From Candidatus Binatia bacterium (lineage in GTDB: Bacteria; Desulfobacterota; Binatia; UBA1149): a stretch of 64,000 nucleotides of DNA. Position 1 is the first letter of the stretch. Every line of letters starts with the position of its first letter. Where the stretch lies: assembly GCA_046754245.1 (NCBI GenBank), contig JBHHVL010000001.1:48577-112576 (forward strand), written 5' to 3'. Shown piece after piece: positions 57,382 to 64,000 of this stretch. The notes beneath the pieces were generated by a model. The model saw only the letters and a list, made by a program, of their open reading frames with translations, was not told the DNA's origin and did no database searches. A program made the translations under genes and the position numbers.

Positions 57382-59052
57382 TCAGTTCATGTAGCCAAGG
57401 TCGCGAAGCCTGTCCATGATCTCTTCCTCTTCCTCAGCACTGTAGTCACGCCCCCCCGGCGCACCAGTGGAACTCGCTCTCTCAGAGATCCGCGGCGGTC
57501 GTGAGTGACGATGGTCTTCGGTAAACAGGTCGTCGAGCACGCGGCCGTCGATGTCCGGCGGTATCCCGTGACCCATGATGTGTAAGATGGTCGGCGCCAG
57601 GTCGATGATGCTCCCGCCAGCAAACGGAGCCCCTCGCCTTATCCCCGGGCCCCGAGCGATGATAAGCCCCTCCTCCCTGTGCATACCGGAGTACCTATAG
57701 GTGTGGTCCCAGATCCTGTTCGAACCGAAGTCGGACAGGCCAAAGAAGATATCCGACTCGTCTTCCGGCAGCAGCATCAGATCCGGCGCTTCTTCGAACC
57801 GTCGCCCGCGGTAGAGCTCCTCCCTGCGCAGGCAACGGGAGACAAGCGGTCGACCGAGTTCAGGGTCGCGGTAATCGAGCAAAGCGCGCGTTATATCCTC
57901 GCGGACCTGTTCGTATTCGGTACCTGGATCCACGATGCCCTGGGGCTCGCGCCCGCGGAGGTTGACGAATACCGACCCGTAGTGCCGTCCAAACGAGTAC
58001 GCACGGCTACGTGACCAGTCGACGTTGAGAAAGGACAAGAAAAAACGCTTCAGAAGGCCGTCGAACGAATAGACGTTCTTGTACTCGGCGTGTTTGGCCA
58101 ATCCCAGCCGGTCAGCCAGTCGGTGGACGTTGCGAAGCGTAAAGCCTCGCTTGAACGCGAAGGCCTTAAGACGCGTCGGAAGGTCCGAGGACAGCGTGAT
58201 GAAACCCGTCTCGAGCAGGAGATTGTTGAGCACGATGAAGCGCGACGCTCTCCCCATGCCGTGGTCGGACATGACGATCACCGTCGTGTCATCGTCCAAG
58301 CCTTCGACGAGTCGCCCGATATCCCGATCCAGCCGCTGGAAGTAACGCAGCACCGGTGCCGACAGGTCATTATCTCGATCGCCGCCGCGCCACGGGTGAC
58401 CGGGGTCGATATAGTGGAAAACCTGGTGGAGTATTCTATCGGTATCGAAGTACACCGTGAGAAAGAAGTCCCAGTCGTCCCGTTTCATGAGATGAAGGTT
58501 CGTTCGAGTAAGCATCTCCAGCAGATCATCACAAGCCCTGAAAAACGCGCCTTTGCGGCTCTCGACGAAGGTCTCCGCGGGATAAATCCGGTAGTTGCCG
58601 ACGACTTCGTCGAGTTCAGAGGCGAGCTCGCGTGGCCAGGTATAGTCGTCCGCGTAGTAGGGAGTCATCCACCCGCTGATGAACGAGCCGTTCACTTCTT
58701 CTACCGGGTACGACATCGGCAGGTTGATCACGGTTACCCGTCGCCCTTCTTCGCTAAGCAAACCCCACAGGGTCTTGCCACTACGCATGGTCGTGTTGAC
58801 TGGCGGGAATACGTAATCGTCCGGCCGCCGGTAGAGGAAATCGTATATCCCGGTATTCCCGGGGTTCAGCCCGGTCGAAAACGACGTCCAGGAGGGACCG
58901 GAGGTGGGAGGCATGGTCGAGCCCAGTCCACCGCACACCCCACCCTCCATCAAGGTCTCGAAGTTGGGCAAATAACCACCGTCCACCCAGCGCCGGATCA
59001 ACCAGAACGGAACGCCATCGAGACCTATGACGAATACCCTGCGCCTGTCCAC
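57382..59052 (-). CDS. Alkaline phosphatase superfamily (type I phosphodiesterase/NPP-like, COG3379-type) enzyme
   Basis: VIGLDG, PPTSGPSWTSFSTG, DTDRILH, MSDHG, GMH, C-terminal RLRDLGY; no signal peptide. Start at GTG 59052 or 59055. Confidence 0.88.
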   Translation of the reverse strand: MDRRRVFVIGLDGVPFWLIRRWVDGGYLPNFETLMEGGVCGGLGSTMPPTSGPSWTSFSTGLNPGNTGIYDFLYRRPDDYVFPPVNTTMRSGKTLWGLLSEEGRRVTVINLPMSYPVEEVNGSFISGWMTPYYADDYTWPRELASELDEVVGNYRIYPAETFVESRKGAFFRACDDLLEMLTRTNLHLMKRDDWDFFLTVYFDTDRILHQVFHYIDPGHPWRGGDRDNDLSAPVLRYFQRLDRDIGRLVEGLDDDTTVIVMSDHGMGRASRFIVLNNLLLETGFITLSSDLPTRLKAFAFKRGFTLRNVHRLADRLGLAKHAEYKNVYSFDGLLKRFFLSFLNVDWSRSRAYSFGRHYGSVFVNLRGREPQGIVDPGTEYEQVREDITRALLDYRDPELGRPLVSRCLRREELYRGRRFEEAPDLMLLPEDESDIFFGLSDFGSNRIWDHTYRYSGMHREEGLIIARGPGIRRGAPFAGGSIIDLAPTILHIMGHGIPPDIDGRVLDDLFTEDHRHSRPPRISERASSTGAPGGRDYSAEEEEEIMDRLRDLGYMN

Positions 59053-59256
59053 CACGGGATACTACCGTGGCACGCCGGCGGGTGCTACGTAGAGGCCTGA
59101 TCAACCGCGGCCGGGCCTCAACGGGGCGCTCTCCGCTGATCCACCGAATAATCCCCTGACACAGGGTCCGGGCGGCCGCCAGTATTGACCACAAAGGGAG
59201 CGGGGCCCACGGCCTGTCGGCTTCAAGGACCACCGAACTCACAGAGAGCCACGACG

Positions 59257-59700
59257 ATGACGCGACGCGATACCCGGCAAGGAAATGAGCCCACGTTAGC
59301 CCTGGCGCTGACACTCGCGGTAGCGATGCTGGCACCGTGCGCATCCTCGTCGGCTCATGCAAGCGATCCCCTGGCAGCCGGAGTACCCGCGATCTTTCGT
59401 GAAACCTTCGAAACCCCGCTTACAGCAAACCGCTTCCTGCGTGTTGCCGGCGTAGACAGCCCGTTGTCGCGGGAAATCTTTGACGCCGGAGTCGCGACGG
59501 GAGTATGGGATGGCTCCGGCCAGCGTGTCGTGACGCTGCAGGAAGCAGCCGCTCTGCTCGACACACTGGTTCTACCGCCCGCCGCCGTGCCGATGGCTAA
59601 CGACATACGGGCCGAAGCCAAGGTCGTTCTCGGGCTTCACCGGTATACGCGTAGTTTCTCCCATGACATCGCGGGCTTCTTTGACGCGCAACTCCCCTAG
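59257..59700 (+). CDS. Hypothetical exported protein
   Basis: Signal peptide ending AHA; fills the gap between two minus-strand genes. Confidence 0.55.
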   Translation: MTRRDTRQGNEPTLALALTLAVAMLAPCASSSAHASDPLAAGVPAIFRETFETPLTANRFLRVAGVDSPLSREIFDAGVATGVWDGSGQRVVTLQEAAALLDTLVLPPAAVPMANDIRAEAKVVLGLHRYTRSFSHDIAGFFDAQLP

Positions 59701-59784
59701 CGACCGTTCAGCACAGTTCAGCATACCCGCTTCGGCCCGAGGCGAGTAGCCCGGGTACCCGGCCACACCCGGCGGTTGCGGGTG

Positions 59785-61221
59785 TCATGTCGACTCCTCC
59801 GATCTCGATCGATCCGCGCGGCGCCGGGGAAAGGAAAGACGCCGCCACAGCCATCTCGGAACCCGCGTGGCCAACTGGCTAAAGCTGAGACCCGAGAGAT
59901 AGGCCTCGAGCAGATGAACAGCCGAATCAGGCTCAGAAAAAAGGCCCACGCTCAACGTCTTCTCTATCCCGCTGTCGCCGGCTCTCCGCGGCCGCTCGCA
60001 CCACCGCAGCAGGGGCGACGCGGTCTCCCGGTAGCCAAAGTGTGTAGCCGCATACACCTGGCAGGCCCGACCGGCGGCTTCACAGACCTCCGTATCCGCT
60101 GCGAGACGCGAGAGCAGGTCGGCAAGCGAGGTGGCGTCGCGAGGCTCGCAGGCAAAGGCCATCCCACGCCGGACCAAGAAGCGTCCGAGCTCGCTGCGCG
60201 CCGTGGTAACGGCCGCCAGCCCGTGGGCCATCCAGTGCACCACCCGGTTCTCGGACCCCAGGGTCCTCTCGCAGAGTTCCTTCTCGATGTTGATGCCGAC
60301 GGCGGCTCGCCGATACAGCCACGGGAGGTCCCTCGAATCCACCAAGCCCAAGGTAATGAAGCGATCGCTCCACACGCTCGCCTCTACCATGCGACGAAAA
60401 TTCGGCCAGCTCCGGTCATCGTGACCCGGCACTGGACCACCACAAGACACGAAGTACAGACCCGGAACCCTCCCCATCGCTTCCTGTACTCCCTCGAACA
60501 TGGTCTCTACGTCACACCAGGTGTTGAAACTGCCACTCCACAAGACGACGAAAGCCGACGGTGGTAAAGCGGCGAGACGTCTCGCCGGATGCTCATCGCC
60601 CGCCTGAGCCTCGTCCCGGCCTTCTTGCTCCTCCGCCGCACAGGGAATCACCGCTACCAACTCCTCGTCGGCCGTACAAGACGACAAGCGACCAGCCAGG
60701 CCCAGTTGACCCAGGAGGGCATGGGACTGGGCTTGCGAGACAGCCGAAAAACGGTCGGCGTTCGCCAACACCGGTACCAGCACACTCCAGAAATGAACGA
60801 GGCATGAATCGTCCCCCTGCAGTGACGCCTTGGCCTGAGCTTCAGCCATGAGGTCTCCGAAAACATCAGCCCAGCAGGGAAGGTCCAGGCCCAGACGAAG
60901 CGCAAGGGAGCTGGCGTAGGCCGTCGCTCCGACGAGAGCCTCGGGACGGTGGCCCTCCACCGCGAGGGTGAGGGCCCGATCGCCGAAATCACGTTCTGCC
61001 ACCTCCAGCGTACTGATTCTCGCGTGACCTGGCACCCTGACCGCCGAGAAACCCTGGCGCCTATCATCCGCGTGCTTGCTCCCTACGGCCAGAATGAGGA
61101 CCTCGTGCCCCTGCTCCTCCAGCGCGCGGGCGAAATGGGCGCAGCGGAGTCCCGGCCCACCATGATCACGGCCCGACTCAAGGGCCGGGGTACCCATGCC
61201 CACGAGACACACCCTGGTCAC
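59785..61221 (-). CDS. Glycosyltransferase (GT-B fold, family 4-like)
   Basis: GGPGLR, VLWSGSFNTWCD, ENRVVHWMAHGL; GTGA overlap with the upstream GT2 stop. Confidence 0.8.
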   Translation of the reverse strand: MTRVCLVGMGTPALESGRDHGGPGLRCAHFARALEEQGHEVLILAVGSKHADDRRQGFSAVRVPGHARISTLEVAERDFGDRALTLAVEGHRPEALVGATAYASSLALRLGLDLPCWADVFGDLMAEAQAKASLQGDDSCLVHFWSVLVPVLANADRFSAVSQAQSHALLGQLGLAGRLSSCTADEELVAVIPCAAEEQEGRDEAQAGDEHPARRLAALPPSAFVVLWSGSFNTWCDVETMFEGVQEAMGRVPGLYFVSCGGPVPGHDDRSWPNFRRMVEASVWSDRFITLGLVDSRDLPWLYRRAAVGINIEKELCERTLGSENRVVHWMAHGLAAVTTARSELGRFLVRRGMAFACEPRDATSLADLLSRLAADTEVCEAAGRACQVYAATHFGYRETASPLLRWCERPRRAGDSGIEKTLSVGLFSEPDSAVHLLEAYLSGLSFSQLATRVPRWLWRRLSFPRRRADRSRSEEST

Positions 61222-62132
61222 GCGGCAACACCCCCTTTGCGATGGCGGGCTATTTGGTAAAGCTGCCGGGGCAAGGAAAGGTATGAAAGGAGCACCGGCC
61301 AAAAGTCGCTCGCCCTTCTCTGGGCACACAACCACCTGAGTTCCGCGACGACGAAATCACGTCTGTGCCTCCTGTTCAGCAAGTGTTTCGCGGCAAATCG
61401 CATGCGACTGCGGTGATAGACCCGCAGGTAAGCGGTCGATCCCCTGCCCAAGGAACGGGCCTCACTGTGAAGCCCCTCGCTCTCCGGCACGTAGACGGCC
61501 CGCATTCCGGCTGCGCGTGCACGAACGCAGAAATCCGCCTCCTCGAAATACGCCGGCACGAACCCTTCATCGAAGGGTCCCAGGTTTCTCCAGGTATCAA
61601 CCCTAAACGCGCACAACGCACCGGTTACGTAGTCCACTTCCCGGCGCTGGCAACCCTCTCCCGCGCCGGCACTGCCGCCGCGACCGAGGTGTTCGGTAAG
61701 TCCGTTTTCGTAAATCATTCCACCGGCGTGTTGGACGAGGCGCCCCGCTTCATCGAGCAGGCGGCACCCCGCCAGCGCGACGGTGTCGTCGTTTGCAAGC
61801 AACGCCACCAGGGGACCCAGCCAACCGGGCCGGACGATGCAGTCCTGGTTCACGAGACCCACGATATCGGGGGTTTGCTTTCCCTCGGCCATCGCGGTGC
61901 GTATCCCCTCGTTCACTCCACCGGCAAAACCCAGGTTGCGCGGCATCGATTTGATCAGGACTGGAAGACCGCATCTTCTGAGCGCTTCCACCGATCCGTC
62001 ACAGCTGTGGTTGTCAACCACCACGACGTCGAGCGGCCTGTAGAGGGAATCGAAAAGGGCCCGCACACAGGTAGTGAGCATCGGACCTCCGTTATAGGCG
62101 ACGATGACGGCCGTTACTCTCAGCACACCCAT
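61218..62132 (-). CDS. Glycosyltransferase family 2 (WbbL/RfbF-like)
   Basis: VIVAYN, VVDNHSCDG, NLGFAGGVN, LVNQD, FDEGF..YFEEADFC. Confidence 0.9.
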   Translation of the reverse strand: MGVLRVTAVIVAYNGGPMLTTCVRALFDSLYRPLDVVVVDNHSCDGSVEALRRCGLPVLIKSMPRNLGFAGGVNEGIRTAMAEGKQTPDIVGLVNQDCIVRPGWLGPLVALLANDDTVALAGCRLLDEAGRLVQHAGGMIYENGLTEHLGRGGSAGAGEGCQRREVDYVTGALCAFRVDTWRNLGPFDEGFVPAYFEEADFCVRARAAGMRAVYVPESEGLHSEARSLGRGSTAYLRVYHRSRMRFAAKHLLNRRHRRDFVVAELRWLCAQRRASDFWPVLLSYLSLPRQLYQIARHRKGGVAA

Positions 62133-62140
62133 GTCCTGGC

Positions 62141-62938
62141 CTACGGCCCTACGCCGCACCGGCTCAGGCTGCGGCGGTACTCCCCGACCACCTCTGCACA
62201 GCGTCCGCAGGCCAGCACCCTGCCCTGTCCCAGCCAGATGGCGGCCGTGGCCTCAGCCTCAACAAGTTCTAGATCATGGCTCACCAAAACCACGGCGGTA
62301 CCGGCAGCCCTCAGTTCGGCGATCCGCTGGCGACAGCGATGGCGAAAAGTTTCATCACCGACAGCAAGAACCTCGTCGACGAGTAAGACCTCCGGTCGTG
62401 ACGCCGTCGCGATGGCAAAACCCAAACGCGCTACCATTCCCGAAGAGTAGTTCTTTATCGCGCTATCCAGCTCGTGCTCGAGACCCGAGAACTCCGCGAC
62501 CGCGGGTAACAAACCCCGGATCTCGGGCACGCGCAGCCCGAGCAAACCTCCGTAGAGAAAGATATTTTCCCTGCCCGTGAGCTCGGGATCGAACCCCGCC
62601 CCGAGTTCAATGAGAGGCGCCAACCGACCCCGCACGCTGACCGTCCCCGCGTGAGGCGGAACGATCCCTGCCAGCGCCCTCAAGAGCGTGGTCTTGCCAG
62701 CCCCGTTGGTCCCCACAACGGCAAACAGCTCGCCAGCCGCGACATCGAAGGATACCCCGGTGAGCGCGTCGAACCACTCCACCCTGCCCGTCGAGCGGCC
62801 CGGTCTACCGACGAGGTACTCCTTGATCGACCGTACTCGGTGCCGTTCATGGCGGAGCCTCACCGTCAAGGCCGAAACCCTCACCGATCGTTGCTCGAGT
62901 GTCGCCTCATCCTCACCGGATCGAATCACATCGCTCAC
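62141..62938 (-). CDS. wzt: Polysaccharide ABC exporter ATP-binding protein (no C-terminal carbohydrate-binding extension)
   Basis: GTNGAGKTT, GAGFDPELTGRENI, YSSGMVARLGF, DEVLAVGD. Confidence 0.9.
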   Translation of the reverse strand: MSDVIRSGEDEATLEQRSVRVSALTVRLRHERHRVRSIKEYLVGRPGRSTGRVEWFDALTGVSFDVAAGELFAVVGTNGAGKTTLLRALAGIVPPHAGTVSVRGRLAPLIELGAGFDPELTGRENIFLYGGLLGLRVPEIRGLLPAVAEFSGLEHELDSAIKNYSSGMVARLGFAIATASRPEVLLVDEVLAVGDETFRHRCRQRIAELRAAGTAVVLVSHDLELVEAEATAAIWLGQGRVLACGRCAEVVGEYRRSLSRCGVGP

Positions 62939-63768
62939 AGATAAAGAAAGAATTTCTTTTCAAGCCGGCCGAAAACTAGCCATCCCACCACCAAGACTCC
63001 AACCGACATGACAGCCGACACCGCCACGACCTGCGACTCGGGCGCGCGCCCCTCCAGCAGTGGAGCCCGAAACATCTCGAGCAACCAGAAGAAGGGGTTG
63101 GTGACCAGCAGAGCCCGGTAGCGCTCGGGCAGCACCTCTACTGGGTAGACGACGGGAGTCGCGTAGAACCAGAGGAGCAGAGACCCTTCGAAAAAGTATC
63201 GTACGTCGTTGAAAAAGAGATTTGCCGCGGCGAGCATCAGCCCCAAGCCGGTCGTGAACGCGAAAAGGCACGCCAGAGCCTCAAGCAACAGCAAAGGATG
63301 GAAGCCCGGAGCGGCGCCGGACAACAGCACGACAAGAGGAAGGACCAGTAGCGATAGCAGGAGGTTGACGAAATTTGCCGAAATCATGGACAAGGGAAAC
63401 AGCACGGCCGGCACGAAAACCTTTCGCATGACGCCGCTCGCGCCCAGGAGTCCATCCATCGCTTGCACGCACGCGAGCGAAAAGAACCCCCAGACCAAGA
63501 CACCGACGATCACGTACACGGCATAGTGCTCGACGGCCGGGAAAACCCGGGAAAAAACCGCGGTGAGCACCATCATGGTCCCCAAGGGATAGAGCAGACT
63601 CCAGCCAAACCCCAACACCGATCGTCTGTAGCGCACCTTCAGGGATCGGGAGCAGAGCAGCCATAGACAGTCCCGGTAGCGCACCAGACGGTAGCAGGCG
63701 CTCCCCCGCGTCATGTCCGAGCGGTAAACGCCAACGGCTTCAACGTCCGACCCAGTACCGATGCGCAC
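62935..63768 (-). CDS. wzm: Polysaccharide ABC exporter permease
   Basis: LKVRYRRSVLGFGWSLLYP, FYATPVVYP, NPF. Confidence 0.9.
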   Translation of the reverse strand: MRIGTGSDVEAVGVYRSDMTRGSACYRLVRYRDCLWLLCSRSLKVRYRRSVLGFGWSLLYPLGTMMVLTAVFSRVFPAVEHYAVYVIVGVLVWGFFSLACVQAMDGLLGASGVMRKVFVPAVLFPLSMISANFVNLLLSLLVLPLVVLLSGAAPGFHPLLLLEALACLFAFTTGLGLMLAAANLFFNDVRYFFEGSLLLWFYATPVVYPVEVLPERYRALLVTNPFFWLLEMFRAPLLEGRAPESQVVAVSAVMSVGVLVVGWLVFGRLEKKFFLYL

Positions 63769-64000
63769 CGTGCTCCCCCCTCCAAAGCGTTCTCAACGCC
63801 AGTGACAACTCTCCGGGGGCCATGCGGACGCCTGAACGCCAACGCAGCGCCGGCGAGAGCCAGCTGGCGACGGCCTTGAGCGAGAGAGCCACGCTGACGT
63901 TCACCGAATACAGCAACGCGGCCACCCTGCCACCTCGGCGACGCATGAATCGTTTCTGTCCCCTGTATAGTTCCGCGACTGGCCAGATCCCCACCTGCGC
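63740..64000 (-). CDS. C-terminal part of a probable family 2 glycosyltransferase, truncated by the window edge
   Basis: Frame open to the window end; ELYRGQKRFMRR plus an amphipathic tail resembles GT2 C-termini; overlaps the wzm start. Confidence 0.55.
   Translation of the reverse strand, partial: AQVGIWPVAELYRGQKRFMRRRGGRVAALLYSVNVSVALSLKAVASWLSPALRWRSGVRMAPGELSLALRTLWRGEHGAHRYWVGR

Noticed and set aside
59068-59086. TGGCACG as a sigma54 promoter
   Set aside because: No GC at the required -12 spacing (GG-N10-GC).
59698-59800. Amber readthrough joining 59257..59700 to the downstream open frame
   Set aside because: The downstream frame is the antisense shadow of a glycosyltransferase, and no pyl genes are seen.
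47434-62450. Long plus-strand ORFs (47434..48564, 49396..50376, 56198..57352, 58090..59100, 59776..60567, 61365..62450)
   Set aside because: All lie antisense to well-supported minus-strand genes and lack recognisable domains.
1-64000. tRNA/rRNA genes, CRISPR arrays, transposases, integrases, prophage or defence genes
   Set aside because: None recognised; intergenic gaps are short and mostly explained by promoters or terminators.

Overview
GC-rich, gene-dense bacterial chromosome segment made up mostly of core genes. The gene order (cysG-ccsA-hemA-hemC-cobA/hemD-hemB, DUF1844-degP-mrcB, carD-ispD) suggests a deltaproteobacterial-type lineage, possibly Binatia/Myxococcota-like; this is inference only. 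In order, the window holds: a radical SAM / DASS transporter / sulfate adenylyltransferase cluster; an ECF sigma/anti-sigma operon; polA; a GldAFG-like ABC/DUF4340 operon; a tetrapyrrole operon running into an M48 protease and hisC; mltD; a dpp-type ABC operon; a degP-mrcB-TPR lipoprotein-tsaD-rsmA-mutM operon; cysK-larE; carD and ispD; a ferredoxin fusion with two FabH-like genes; a type II secretion cluster without gspE; and a glycan locus (Wzm/Wzt, GT2/GT4, an AlkP-superfamily enzyme and a large GT-C-like TPR protein). I saw no rRNA, tRNA, CRISPR array or mobile element. The most notable items are (1) a selenoprotein that the ORF track truncates (in-frame UGA in a UxxC motif followed by a SECIS-like hairpin), (2) a ferredoxin-transmembrane-Hsp20-like fusion in an operon with a canonical plus a degenerate FabH, (3) a possible glycosylation-plus-T2SS module, and (4) recurring leaderless-type promoters. 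All product calls come from recognising motifs by eye; no database searches were run.
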